Assembly: GCA_016927565.1 (NCBI GenBank)
Contig: JAFGMK010000006.1
Location: 37,942 to 101,941 of the forward strand
Direction of reading: 5' to 3'
DNA: 64,000 nt
Source of the DNA: Minisyncoccota bacterium
GTDB lineage: Bacteria; Patescibacteriota; Microgenomatia; PFEM01; JAFGMK01
Shown: positions 37,656-47,859 of the stretch, piece by piece
How the letters are laid out: each line of letters opens with the position of its first letter
Numbering within the stretch: position 1 is the first letter of the stretch
The notes under the pieces: model-generated
What the model was told of the DNA's origin: nothing
The model's input: the letters and a program-made list of their open reading frames with translations, nothing else
Databases searched by the model: none
Translations under genes and position numbers: made by a program

Positions 37656-38150
37656 TTATCTTAAACTAATGGTTGTTTCCCAGTTTTCTGATAATTTCCG
37701 TCCTCCCTGAAGCAAATAATTTGACTCTGCTGTAACTTTAATTTTTATTACTGCAGTTTGAGTTGCTTCAGTCGTATTAGTAAAAGAAAGATCAGTTACA
37801 GTAACTTCATTCGTGGTTAAATCCCAGGTTTGGCCGCTATCTGTTTTTTTTAAAAACCCATCCTGAAGCTGATAAACAATCACCCCGTCATTAAGACTGA
37901 GTGTCGCGGTTGAATTGCCGGCTGTCGGACTGGTAACCCCGGCTGCCCCTCTAATAGTCCGGGTCATATCACTGGCCATTTGGCGGAGATTTTTACTTAG
38001 CGTCACGAAAGCAGTCGAGTGGGCGTTAGCCAATTTAATACTGATAAAAATCTGAACCAACAAAACCAGAAAAAGAGAGAGAATACTGGAATAAATCAAG
38101 ATCTCAATCAGAGAATAACCCTTGGTTATTTTTAAACTTTTCTTTTTCAT
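37656..38150 (-). CDS. Minor type IV pilin
   Basis: KG/YSLIEILIY prepilin motif; LTTNEV. Confidence 0.85.
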   Translation of the reverse strand: MKKKSLKITKGYSLIEILIYSSILSLFLVLLVQIFISIKLANAHSTAFVTLSKNLRQMASDMTRTIRGAAGVTSPTAGNSTATLSLNDGVIVYQLQDGFLKKTDSGQTWDLTTNEVTVTDLSFTNTTEATQTAVIKIKVTAESNYLLQGGRKLSENWETTISLR

Positions 38151-38187
38151 CTAAATTCGCTTGTCTATCCCGAGACAAAAGATCCCG

Positions 38188-39621
38188 CTAAGGCGAATAA
38201 TTGATCCCAATCTCATTTAAAACCGGCGTCTCTTCCCCATCAAACGAACGCAAATAGGCTTTAAAACGAATATATTGACCATAATTATTCCCCAACCAGA
38301 GCCCCTCGCCCTCCGGGATAGTATAAAGATCGTTCGTATCAGTAGTTCCGCCGGGTCCATAAAATAACCACGGCCCGACATCACTGTCCGCTACTGAAAC
38401 CTGAAAACCAATCTCTGTCTGAACGGAAACATCGCCCTGGTAAGTAATCCGGTTAAAGGCCGTCGGCCTGCCGGCATCAAAAACAGAAGAAGTATATGTC
38501 CCCTGGGTAAAATAGCCGCCAACGCCGCCGGTCAACTCAATCTGATCAACATATAAAATGACAGCCGGTTCACCGGCGCTCATCCATTTCGAAAAATATA
38601 TTGAACGAAGGCTGTCCCAATCACCCTGGGCCTGCTCATAATCAATATCTATCTCTGTCCATTCCTTCGCGGGAACAATCAATTCAACATTATCCCAATC
38701 ATTGTGAACCGCAGTAAAATTAAGCACTACCTCATCATCACCCGGATTATAGGCATAAAAATGAATATTTCTGAATCCTTTGGTGCAAACTGAGCTGTAA
38801 TTGTAAAATCTTACCCAAGACCAAAAAGAACCGGAACCGGGCGGTTCCAGAGTGATTTTCAAAGCATAAGGCGAATCATTCCAGGTATAATCAGTTGCCT
38901 TTTCCTGAACACTGCCGTTATTGAAAAACTGGATTAGCTGGCAAAGAAGCCATTGCAAAAACCGCAAGCCATTGCAATTTACCCGCCAGTTATTTTGCAA
39001 TTGGTCATCGTAAATCAAAGACTCAGGTGAACCGCCGAAACAACCCCCCTCTAACTCAATCTCGCCGTCAGCCCGGGGCGGATCGGTCACCTTGGTTAAA
39101 TCAAACTCCCCGGGTTCAAAATCGGCGATAGTACTCTGCTGCCACGAAAGATTATCCAGCCGAGTCAAATAAGCGGAAACTGAAAAACTGCGTTCTCTTA
39201 AAAGATGCCAGAAAATACTGGCGGTAATCTTTTTAGTTGAGGGATCAAATCTGGCTCCAGGCTCGCCTTCGGCTACCATTAAATCAGTCTCATTCCGGTA
39301 AACCGGGGAAATTTCAAGCAGCCGCCGGAATTCATCCTCGGTTTCACCCTCTTCGCTGGCAACTAATTCCCAACGGTCGCCGGCTAAATCAAGATAATAA
39401 GTGCCCGCTGCCAATTCTTCCCAGTTCCGCTCCCTGATAGACCGCGCCGCCTCTAAATATTCTTCAATCAAACTCTGAGCTTTTACCTCTTTTGAAGCAA
39501 GCCAGCTTGATTCAAGACTGGTAACAAAAAAATTCAAAATCGGCACTAGGAGCAAGCCCAAGATGCCGACAGCTAACAAAACTTCAACAAGGATAAGGCC
39601 TTGATTTTCTGAACTCTGCAT
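38188..39621 (-). CDS. Large minor pilin with beta-rich C-terminal domains
   Basis: QG/LILVEVLL prepilin motif, EAARSIR, DPSTKKIT, GTYTSSVFD...QYIRFKAYL. Confidence 0.8.
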   Translation of the reverse strand: MQSSENQGLILVEVLLAVGILGLLLVPILNFFVTSLESSWLASKEVKAQSLIEEYLEAARSIRERNWEELAAGTYYLDLAGDRWELVASEEGETEDEFRRLLEISPVYRNETDLMVAEGEPGARFDPSTKKITASIFWHLLRERSFSVSAYLTRLDNLSWQQSTIADFEPGEFDLTKVTDPPRADGEIELEGGCFGGSPESLIYDDQLQNNWRVNCNGLRFLQWLLCQLIQFFNNGSVQEKATDYTWNDSPYALKITLEPPGSGSFWSWVRFYNYSSVCTKGFRNIHFYAYNPGDDEVVLNFTAVHNDWDNVELIVPAKEWTEIDIDYEQAQGDWDSLRSIYFSKWMSAGEPAVILYVDQIELTGGVGGYFTQGTYTSSVFDAGRPTAFNRITYQGDVSVQTEIGFQVSVADSDVGPWLFYGPGGTTDTNDLYTIPEGEGLWLGNNYGQYIRFKAYLRSFDGEETPVLNEIGINYSP

Positions 39622-39622
39622 T

Positions 39623-40231
39623 TTAGATTTTTTCCACCGTCACCACTCCTAATTTATTAATGCTTATCTTTCTTTTCTGGTTTCCCCGCCGGTCAGTCAA
39701 AATAAAATAATTGTTCACCGGATCAAAGTTGCGGACCTGTCCGGTAATTTTTTCAAAAACACAATCATCTGAAGAAAGGCTGATATCATTTATCGCTAAT
39801 TCTGGGGCTAAATCAAATTTTTGATTGAGCGGATTATCGGGATTAAAGCCGATTCCTCCAAAAAGAGTGTAGCGGGCACTTTCAAAATGGACACCGAAAT
39901 TTAAAGCCGTCGGCTGGCCATAAGAATAACCGGCCAGAGTTTTGACCCTGGCCTGGAAAAGACAGGCAGTTATTTTCTTTGCCTCAGCTTCAATTCTGTC
40001 TTGCCGGGCAAAACCGCTCATCACCACCGTTCCCAAACCGAAAAGGACTGATAAAACACCAATAACAACAATTATCTCGATTAGAGTCAGACCGGCTTCC
40101 TTTTTATAATTGCTCACATTCTTTGATAAAGATAACGGTCTCGGATCGTCTGCAGATTTCGATCCGGGATCGAATAACAGCTCGGAATCGTTATTTTTTT
40201 CAAAGAGAACAGACAGTTTCTCTTTTTTCAT
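39623..40231 (-). CDS. Minor type IV pilin (FimT/GspH-like) with extended leader
   Basis: AG/LTLIEIIVV, FGVHF, FEKITG, INKLG. Confidence 0.85.
   Translation of the reverse strand: MKKEKLSVLFEKNNDSELLFDPGSKSADDPRPLSLSKNVSNYKKEAGLTLIEIIVVIGVLSVLFGLGTVVMSGFARQDRIEAEAKKITACLFQARVKTLAGYSYGQPTALNFGVHFESARYTLFGGIGFNPDNPLNQKFDLAPELAINDISLSSDDCVFEKITGQVRNFDPVNNYFILTDRRGNQKRKISINKLGVVTVEKI
40120..40206 (+). repeat. Palindromic MITE/REP-like element, copy C (within predicted prepilin leader)
   Basis: TCTTTGATAAAGATAACGGTCTCGGATCGTCTGCAGATTTCGATCCGGGATCG...TTCAAAGA; 87 bp. Confidence 0.85.
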
Positions 40232-40374
40232 CTATAAAAAATGTCAAAAGTCAATTGTTAAATTATCTCTTGATTTAATTAATTTTAAAAAGCGGCAATT
40301 TTCTTTTCTTGAGAAAATTGTAAATTGACTCTGATTATCCCGGAAACGGGCTACATGTTTTTCATCGCATCATT

Positions 40375-41607
40375 TCAATTTGACGATAGGCTTTTGGATA
40401 AACTTCCGACAAAAGAATAAATCGGAGCAATCACCGAAATCACCATCACCCCAACGCCAATCCCGATTAACAACATCATGATCGGCTCAATTACGCTGGT
40501 TAAGGTCTTTAAGGCGTCGCTCACTTCTTCTTCATAAAACCGCGCCAGATCAAGTAAAAGTTTGTCTAAAGCCCCGGTTTTCTCCCCGGTTGAAACCATC
40601 CGCACCATAATTGAGGGAAAAGTTTTTGTTTTTTTTAAAACCTGAGAAAGAGCGATTCCTTTTTCTACTTCCTCGGCAAAAACATTGCCAATGTTTTTAT
40701 ACTGGGGTAAATTGAGAGTGCTGGAAGCTACCCTCAAGGCATCAATAATCGGCACTCCGCTTTTTAAAAGAGTCGAGAGAGTCCGGTTAAATCTTCCCAG
40801 TGCCAGCTTAATCAAAAGCTGGCCGAAAAATGGAATCCGGGCCAGCAAGTTACCTAAAAGCTTCTTCCCCGCCGGTCTGGTCAGGCCCGAAACCAAACCA
40901 GCGATCAAAATGAAAAGACCACCGAAAAACAAAAGCAGATTCTGAGAAATAAAAAGACCGCTTCTTAAAATAAAAAGCGTATAAGCCGGCAGGGGAAATT
41001 CACGGTGAAGATTTAAAAGAATCGGGGCAATCTTCGGCACGACAAAGACTAACATTGCCACCCCCAAGCCTCCGCTGGTTAAAACAATAACCGTCGGATA
41101 AGCCAAGGTGCTTTTAACTTTGCTGTTGAGTTCATAATCAGAATAAAGTTGATTTCCCAGATACTCGAAGGTCTTGCCCAAAGTGCCGCTTTTTTCCCCG
41201 GCTTTAACCAAAGTTAAAAAAATTTCATCAAAAACTGCCGAATGTTTGGCAAAAGCCTCAGACAAGGGTTGACCGTTTTGCAAAGCCGCCTGAAGATCAT
41301 CCAGGACTTTTCTCATGGTCGGATTTTTAGTTTCCGCAGAAATTGCCTCCACCGCTTCAGTAAGAGCCAAACCGGCATTGATCATTGTCGCCAAATAGCG
41401 GCAAAGATCAGCCTTATCAATCAGGCTGATTTTTTTCCGGGTCAGAAAGGATTGCTTCTCAGTCTCTCCACCGACTTCTTTGACAAAAAGGGGCGAAAGC
41501 TGGTCAGCCTTTAATTGAGCTCCGGCTTCTTTTTTACTTGCCGCTACCAGAACCCCTTCTTTGATTTTGCCTTTTTCTTCTTTAGCTTTATATTTAAAAA
41601 CAGCCAT
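40375..41607 (-). CDS. pilC: Type IV pilus platform protein PilC
   Basis: GEKSGTL, YP, LLKSGVPI, GEKTG.LD, IEP motifs. Confidence 0.95.
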   Translation of the reverse strand: MAVFKYKAKEEKGKIKEGVLVAASKKEAGAQLKADQLSPLFVKEVGGETEKQSFLTRKKISLIDKADLCRYLATMINAGLALTEAVEAISAETKNPTMRKVLDDLQAALQNGQPLSEAFAKHSAVFDEIFLTLVKAGEKSGTLGKTFEYLGNQLYSDYELNSKVKSTLAYPTVIVLTSGGLGVAMLVFVVPKIAPILLNLHREFPLPAYTLFILRSGLFISQNLLLFFGGLFILIAGLVSGLTRPAGKKLLGNLLARIPFFGQLLIKLALGRFNRTLSTLLKSGVPIIDALRVASSTLNLPQYKNIGNVFAEEVEKGIALSQVLKKTKTFPSIMVRMVSTGEKTGALDKLLLDLARFYEEEVSDALKTLTSVIEPIMMLLIGIGVGVMVISVIAPIYSFVGSLSKSLSSN

Positions 41608-41629
41608 GCTTTAAACTTAAAATCCGAAA

Positions 41630-43318
41630 TTATTCCTGTACCATTCTTAAGATTTCTTCAATCGTTGTAATCCCGGCGGCCACTTTATTCAGACCATCAG
41701 CGACCATACCGATCATCCCATTGGCTAAAGCCGCTTTTCTGATTTCATCACTGGAAACTTTTTTCAAGATCAGCTGCCTGATTTCAGCGTTAGTTTCTAA
41801 AATCTCAAAAATGCCAACGCGACCCCGATAACCCTTGCCGCCGCACTCTTCGCAACCCTTACCCCGATAGAAATCCTGACTCATTTTCTTTTGACCCGAA
41901 AGTTTTTTGACTAAACCCAGAGTTTTATCGTCCGGCTCAAATCGCTGGATACAAGCCGAACAAATCCTTCTGACCAATCTTTGCGCAATTACCAGATTCA
42001 CCGTCGAAGCAACCAAAAAATTTTCGGCTCCCATATCCAAAAGGCGGGGAACCGCTCCCGGAGCGTCATTAGTGTGGAGAGTGGACAGAACCAGATGTCC
42101 GGTCAGAGCCGAGTTAATTGCCATTTCAACCGTTTCCGGATCACGAATTTCGCCTACCATAATAATATCCGGGTCGTGTCTGACCAAAGCCCGGATACCG
42201 GCGGCAAAAGAAAGGCCGGTTTCCGGATTAGCCTGAATTTGAGTTATCCGGGGCATACTATATTCAATCGGATCCTCGACAGTGCAAATTTTAACTTCAG
42301 TCGAATTAATCATATTTAAAAGACTGTAAAGCGTTGTCGTTTTGCCGGAACCGGTTGGGCCGGTCACTAAAATCATTCCGTGGGGCTTTTTGATATTTTC
42401 TTTGAGAATTTCAAAATTTTTCCCTGATAAACCCAACTCTTCCAAACTTAAAGGCCGGGCCGATTCAAAAAGAAGCCGCATAACGATATTTTCCCCGTAA
42501 AAAGCCGGAATAATAGAAACTCTCAGGGAAATAAAACCTCCACCCAGGCCGAATTTGAACCGGCCATCCTGAGGCAACCGGTGTTCGTCAATTTTAAGAT
42601 GGGTCAAAACCTTCACCCGGGCCACAATCGCCGAATGAATCTCCACCGGTAAAGAAATAATATCTCTCAGCATACCGTCGATTCTATAACGGATAATCAA
42701 CTCGTTTTCCAAAAGCTCAATATGGATATCTGAAGCCCGTTCGGCAATGGCGTATTCCAGAAGCGTATCCAGGATTCTGACCACCGGAACATCAACGGCT
42801 GCTTTAACTAAGTTGTTACCGGTCGCCCCTTTGGCTTTAGTTTTTTTAACATTCTCAGTAATTATTTTCTCAAATTCTTTCCGGATATTTTTTTTGTACT
42901 GGGAAAGGCCTTTGACTATTGCTTCAGAAGTAGCGAAAAAAGGCTTTACCGCTAAACCGGACTGGCGCTTAACCAGCTCAATTGCCTCAAAATCCTCAGG
43001 ATCCTCCATCGCCAAGAAGAGCTCTTGGTCATTTTTCCCAAAAGGCAGGATATGAAAAGACCGGGCCGATTTTTCCGGAAGAAGACTTAGAATCTCAAGA
43101 GGGATTACCTTATGAGCCAAAGAAACAAAAGGAACCTGGTAATGTTCGGCCACCAATTGACCAAGAGACTCCTCATTGATCAAGCCCCGGAAAATTAAGA
43201 CATCAACCAGGGGCTTCTCCAATTCCTCGGCAATTTTAGCCGCCTTGTTGAAATCTTCCTCACCGACAAAACCTGCCTTTAAAACAATCTCTTTTAACTT
43301 TTCTGGCAGAATTTTCAC
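41630..43318 (-). CDS. pilB: Type IV pilus assembly ATPase PilB
   Basis: ASDIHIE, RLPQDG, GPTGSGKTT, VEDPIEY, RHDPDIIMVGEIRD, TGHLVLSTLH, two CxxC. Confidence 0.96.
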   Translation of the reverse strand: MKILPEKLKEIVLKAGFVGEEDFNKAAKIAEELEKPLVDVLIFRGLINEESLGQLVAEHYQVPFVSLAHKVIPLEILSLLPEKSARSFHILPFGKNDQELFLAMEDPEDFEAIELVKRQSGLAVKPFFATSEAIVKGLSQYKKNIRKEFEKIITENVKKTKAKGATGNNLVKAAVDVPVVRILDTLLEYAIAERASDIHIELLENELIIRYRIDGMLRDIISLPVEIHSAIVARVKVLTHLKIDEHRLPQDGRFKFGLGGGFISLRVSIIPAFYGENIVMRLLFESARPLSLEELGLSGKNFEILKENIKKPHGMILVTGPTGSGKTTTLYSLLNMINSTEVKICTVEDPIEYSMPRITQIQANPETGLSFAAGIRALVRHDPDIIMVGEIRDPETVEMAINSALTGHLVLSTLHTNDAPGAVPRLLDMGAENFLVASTVNLVIAQRLVRRICSACIQRFEPDDKTLGLVKKLSGQKKMSQDFYRGKGCEECGGKGYRGRVGIFEILETNAEIRQLILKKVSSDEIRKAALANGMIGMVADGLNKVAAGITTIEEILRMVQE

Positions 43319-43321
43319 TTT

Positions 43322-43753
43322 TTAAGACGGAAAATAACTCTTAACGAAAGCCACCACCTGGCTGGGAGTGTAATTCGATTTAATCAGAAAATGTTGAACC
43401 CCCAATTCTTTGGCCTTTTTAATATCCTGATCTTGAGATAAGTTAGAAAGAATGATCACCGGAATTTTATTCAACCGCTCGTTAGTTCTTACCTTTTCTA
43501 AAACATCCATCCCGCCAATCTTAGGGATCATCAGGTCTAAAACCACAAGGTCGATTTTCTTTTCGGCTAGTTTGACCAATCCCTCTTCGCCGTCATAAGC
43601 GGTTTCCACATTGAAACCTTCGGTTTTAAATTTGGTTGAATACATCTTAACCATCGGCAAATCATCCTCAACCAAAAGAATGGTTTTTGCCGAAACAGAC
43701 GAAACTGCCGGATCAGCTGTTTGGGAAATTTTCTCTTGCTGGTTTTGGCCCAT
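43322..43753 (-). CDS. Single-domain response regulator
   Basis: ILLVEDD, LDLMIP, LSN, FLIKS. Confidence 0.92.
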   Translation of the reverse strand: MGQNQQEKISQTADPAVSSVSAKTILLVEDDLPMVKMYSTKFKTEGFNVETAYDGEEGLVKLAEKKIDLVVLDLMIPKIGGMDVLEKVRTNERLNKIPVIILSNLSQDQDIKKAKELGVQHFLIKSNYTPSQVVAFVKSYFPS

Positions 43754-43762
43754 ATCTTTATT

Positions 43763-44725
43763 CTATTTTTTATTAATTATTGCCGGCAGGGAAAAATAAA
43801 AGGTGGTTCCTTTGCCTGGTTTGGATTTTAACCAAATATCACCGCCAAATTCATTAATCAGCATTCGACAAATATAAAGGCCCAAGCCCGAGCCTTTTTT
43901 TAAGGGCACCCCGACACCGATTTGAGAAAATTTTTTAAAAAGTTGTTTCTGATCCTCAAGGGCAATACCCACTCCGGTATCTTCCACTGTCACTGTAATC
44001 ATTTCATTTTCTTCATAAGCCCGGACATAAATATGACCATGGGGAGTAAAATTAATCGCATTGCCGATTAGATTGGAAACTACTTCCCTGATCCGATCCG
44101 GGTCAACTCTAACCTTAGGCAATTTTTTTCTCGGCTTAATAAATTTTAGCTCAAGGCCGTGCCCTTGAGCTTCTAAACGAAACTCCCTGACTACTCCTTC
44201 AATTACCTCTTCAATCTGAATATCCTCCAAACCAATAATTAATTTACCGGATTCAATTCGGGAGACATTAAGCATGTTGTTGATCAGGCGGATCATCCGA
44301 TCGTTGCTTTCTGAAACATCTTTTAAATACTCTTGAGCCTTAGGCGGAATTTTGCCGGCATCCCCCTCCCTCACCATTGAAATATAACCCTTAATCGTGG
44401 TCATCGGAGCTCTTAACTCATGGCTGGCCACAGTAACAAATTCATCCTTAAGCGCGGAAAGTTCTCTAAGCTTCACATTGGCTTTTTTTAATTGATTAGT
44501 CAGGTCCCGCAGTTTTTTGGTCGCCCTATAAGCTTCGGCCCGAAACTGCTCTCCGAAAAAAATTTTATCGATAAAAATAATTATCCAAACCGTAAAAATT
44601 ATTACCTGATTTTGAAAATTAAACCATTGGGGAAAAGCCAGCAAAATCAAGCCGCTGGCGGCCATTAATATCAGAATCAGCCCATTCCAGGTTTTTTGAA
44701 ATTGACGCGCGGTCAGCTCCAGCAT
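43763..44725 (-). CDS. Sensor histidine kinase (2 TM, HisKA, HATPase)
   Basis: SHELRAP, NLIGNA, DTGVG, FKKF, GSGLGL. Confidence 0.92.
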   Translation of the reverse strand: MLELTARQFQKTWNGLILILMAASGLILLAFPQWFNFQNQVIIFTVWIIIFIDKIFFGEQFRAEAYRATKKLRDLTNQLKKANVKLRELSALKDEFVTVASHELRAPMTTIKGYISMVREGDAGKIPPKAQEYLKDVSESNDRMIRLINNMLNVSRIESGKLIIGLEDIQIEEVIEGVVREFRLEAQGHGLELKFIKPRKKLPKVRVDPDRIREVVSNLIGNAINFTPHGHIYVRAYEENEMITVTVEDTGVGIALEDQKQLFKKFSQIGVGVPLKKGSGLGLYICRMLINEFGGDIWLKSKPGKGTTFYFSLPAIINKK

Positions 44726-44782
44726 ACTTTGAGAATATCATTTTAACCTTTCCCTTTCAATCCCGCCATTTAAAACTTCTAT

Positions 44783-44797
44783 ACACCCCTGGGGTGT
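44783..44797. repeat. REP-like palindrome left of RAYT
   Basis: ACACCCC-T-GGGGTGT. Confidence 0.75.
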
Positions 44798-44827
44798 CTT
44801 AAGTTGGCACCCCCGGGAAATTTTTAG

Positions 44828-45505
44828 TTAGTCTTCCATGAACAGATGCTTTATCTCCTCTAATCTTCTTTGGTAATCAGCTTGATCCAGAACAAATTTT
44901 CGGTAATCATTTCTATTTCTGGAACGATCAAGAATTACTCCCTGGTCACAAAGCCCAAGTTCTTTTTTTCCAAGATACTCGGGAAAAGAAGAATATGGGT
45001 ATTCCGTCAGCTGATTTCTATCTTTTAACAAATAAGCGGAAAAGGGGTTTAGATGGATATATCTTGAAAGATGGAGAAGTTGGGCTTCGGTTTCCACTCT
45101 GACTGCCTTAAATCTTCCCTGAAACAAAGGGCCGATTCTTTTCCTTTTAGTGTTAAAATATTTGGTATAGCTGTTGGCTATCTGACTAATAAATTCTTTA
45201 ATTCCGTCTTCCCTCTCTTGTTTTAAAAGAAAGTGAAAATGATTAGGCATTAAGCAAAAGGCAATAATTTTCACTAAATAATTTTGCTTTTCTTCTACCT
45301 TCTCCCAAAGGAGTTGTCTTTCCTTTTTAGGCAAAAGCAAAAACTTAGAATATCTTAAGGGAAAATCGGATCGACGATAAAAATCAATTACTTTTAACAT
45401 CCGCTTATAGTCCCGGGTGCTAAGGAAAATAGGCTGAAAGGCCACGCCCCGATTAAAAACATGATAAAACTCACCGGTTACCAGGGGTATTCTTGGGTTG
45501 GTCAT
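44828..45505 (-). mobile_element. REP-associated tyrosine transposase (Y1/HUH, RAYT-like)
   Basis: YHVFNRG, FCLMPNHFH (HUH), GPLFQGRF, SRYIHLNP, YPYSS. Confidence 0.9.
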
Positions 45506-45548
45506 ATACTTCTTAAGTTATGCCAAAAATCCTGAGGTGTCAATAGAA

Positions 45549-45567
45549 ATACACCCCAGGGGTGTAT
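45549..45567. repeat. REP-like palindrome right of RAYT
   Basis: ATACACCCC-A-GGGGTGTAT. Confidence 0.75.
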
Positions 45568-45633
45568 ATTTCAGGGATTGAGACTCGGCACAAAAGAGCC
45601 TATACTTGTAATTAATTAGTTTCTTTATTTCTA

Positions 45634-47079
45634 ATGCACACTTACAGCGTTTCCCTAGCTCAAAAAATCCCTGAAGAGCAACAAGCCCGCAATCAAGCAC
45701 AAGAATTAGTCAACAAACTTCAAAAAGCAGAAGAACAAATCAAACTCCAATTAACGGATTTGTCAGAAAAAAACCGGGTTTTAGCCGCGCTAAGACGATT
45801 AAACCTAATCATTATGGAATCTTTGGAGATGGAAAGTTTGTGCCAAAAAATTGTTGACACTCTTTCTGTGGAGTTAAAGTGCAGCTTTGGCCTGATCGGC
45901 ATAATTGATGAAACCAGAAATCGATTTTATTTCAAAGCGATTAATAAAGATTCGCGCCTGGCCCGGCTTTTTCGGCAAAAGCATATCAAAATTGAAGAGA
46001 GCTATCTCTCACTTGAAGAAAAAAATAATTCAATTAATCAAAGCATCAGTCTTAAAAAGAAAATTTCGGCTAAAAAAATCGCTGACATTCTTTGTCCTCT
46101 TTTCCCCCGAAAAAAACTCCAAGGCTGGCAAAAGATAGTAAAAATTTCAACTTGCCGGATTTATCCGATTATTTCCAAAACCAATGTTTTGGGAGCGATG
46201 GTGTTCGGCTGGAAAAAAGCGAAACACAAAATTTCCCCGGAAGAGAAAGATTTGATGAAAAATGTGATTGACCAAACCAGCATTGCCCTGGACAATACCA
46301 TTCTTTACCAAAAACTAAAACGGAGCGTTAGTCAACTCAAGCAAGCCAATCTGAAACTTCAGGATTTAGACCGGATGAAGAATGAATTTGTTTCAATTGC
46401 ATCTCACGAACTCAGAACCCCGATGACTTCGGTCAACAATTATATTTGGATGGTGCTTCGCGGCAAGGGCGGGCAGATTACCACCAGACAACGCTTTTAT
46501 CTGGACCGGGCCGCGACCTCAACCCAAAGACTGATCAATCTGGTTGAAGACATGCTGACCGTTTCCCGAATTGAAGGCGGCAAACTGGAAATCAACCTTA
46601 AGCCGGGGAGTATTTTAAAAATCGGCAAAAATGTCATTGAAGAACTAAAGCCCAAAGCCAGAGAAAAGAAGATCAAATTATTTCTGGAATTACCAAAAAA
46701 GGAACTTCCCCTGGCCTTAATCGACCAAGAAAAGATTAAAGAAGTTTTCATCAATTTGGTTGACAATGCCCTTAAATTCACTCCGGTCGGGGGCCAAGTA
46801 AAAGTCACTTTCAATCTCAAAGGCAAAATGATCCTAATCCAAATTACCGATACCGGCCGAGGCATTCCTAAAAATGATATTCCTAAACTTTTCAAAAAAT
46901 TCGGCCGGCTGGACCGTTCTTTTGTCACTATCGCCGAAACCGGCGGCACCGGCCTGGGCCTTTATATCTGCAAACAAATCATCGATCTTCACCGAGGCCG
47001 AATCGGGGTCAGGTCGATTCCGGACAAAGGGTCTTGTTTTTACTTTAATATAAAAATTGCAGAGGAGGTGAAAAAATGA
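45634..47079 (+). CDS. GAF-domain histidine kinase (no TM evident)
   Basis: GAF-like region ending QTSIALDN; SHELRTP, NLVDNA, DTGRG, GTGLGL. Confidence 0.92.
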   Translation: MHTYSVSLAQKIPEEQQARNQAQELVNKLQKAEEQIKLQLTDLSEKNRVLAALRRLNLIIMESLEMESLCQKIVDTLSVELKCSFGLIGIIDETRNRFYFKAINKDSRLARLFRQKHIKIEESYLSLEEKNNSINQSISLKKKISAKKIADILCPLFPRKKLQGWQKIVKISTCRIYPIISKTNVLGAMVFGWKKAKHKISPEEKDLMKNVIDQTSIALDNTILYQKLKRSVSQLKQANLKLQDLDRMKNEFVSIASHELRTPMTSVNNYIWMVLRGKGGQITTRQRFYLDRAATSTQRLINLVEDMLTVSRIEGGKLEINLKPGSILKIGKNVIEELKPKAREKKIKLFLELPKKELPLALIDQEKIKEVFINLVDNALKFTPVGGQVKVTFNLKGKMILIQITDTGRGIPKNDIPKLFKKFGRLDRSFVTIAETGGTGLGLYICKQIIDLHRGRIGVRSIPDKGSCFYFNIKIAEEVKK

Positions 47080-47444
47080 AAAAAATATTATTGGTTGAGG
47101 ACGAACAATTCTTAAGTGACTTATATGCTGAAGTTTTAAAAGCGGAAGGCTTTTCAGTTGAAACGGCTCACGACGGCCAAAAAGGCTATGAGACCATGAA
47201 AAAAAGCAGCTTTGACCTGGTTCTCCTGGATATCATGCTGCCAAAAATGGACGGAATTGATATTTTGAACCGCCTGAAAAAGGAAAAAAAGCTAAAGCTC
47301 AATAAACACATTATTTTACTGACCAACCTTTCCGGAGAAGCGGTCTTAAGAAAAAAGGGGCATATCGAAGTTGACGAATATCTTATCAAAAGCTCTCTTA
47401 CGCCTGATATTTTAGTAGAAAAAGTGAAAGAATATCTGAAGTAG
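47076..47444 (+). CDS. Single-domain response regulator
   Basis: ILLVEDE, LDIMLP, LTN, YLIKS. Confidence 0.92.
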   Translation: MKKILLVEDEQFLSDLYAEVLKAEGFSVETAHDGQKGYETMKKSSFDLVLLDIMLPKMDGIDILNRLKKEKKLKLNKHIILLTNLSGEAVLRKKGHIEVDEYLIKSSLTPDILVEKVKEYLK

Positions 47445-47461
47445 CCGTTAAGCGTCGGCTG

Positions 47462-47839
47462 TCAGTTCTCGGAGGATAAAAAAACCTCCACTTCAGCTAA
47501 AATCTCATCCGGTTTTAGAGCCTGTTTCATTAAATAGCCATTGGCCCCCAAACGCATGGCCCTTTTGATAAATTTATCCTGATTCAAAACCGTCAGCATG
47601 ACAATTTTTTGATTGCTGATCGGAGGACTAAGTTGTTTCAGCTGAAAAAGAAGGGAAATGCCGTCTTTTTTGGGCAGCATGATGTCAAGCAGAATTAGAT
47701 CATAACCCCCCCGGGAAGCCAAATCAAACCCGGCTTGGCCGTCGCTGGCTGTTTCAACCTGATAACCTTGCTGTTTGAAAAGAAGTTCGTAAAGTTCCCT
47801 CGTAAAACGATCATCTTCAACCAGAAGAAGTTTATACAT
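47462..47839 (-). CDS. Single-domain response regulator
   Basis: LLVEDD, LDIMLP, LTV, YLMK; start at MYKLL. Confidence 0.9.
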   Translation of the reverse strand: MYKLLLVEDDRFTRELYELLFKQQGYQVETASDGQAGFDLASRGGYDLILLDIMLPKKDGISLLFQLKQLSPPISNQKIVMLTVLNQDKFIKRAMRLGANGYLMKQALKPDEILAEVEVFLSSEN

Positions 47840-47859
47840 TTTAAAAAAGATGATAACAA

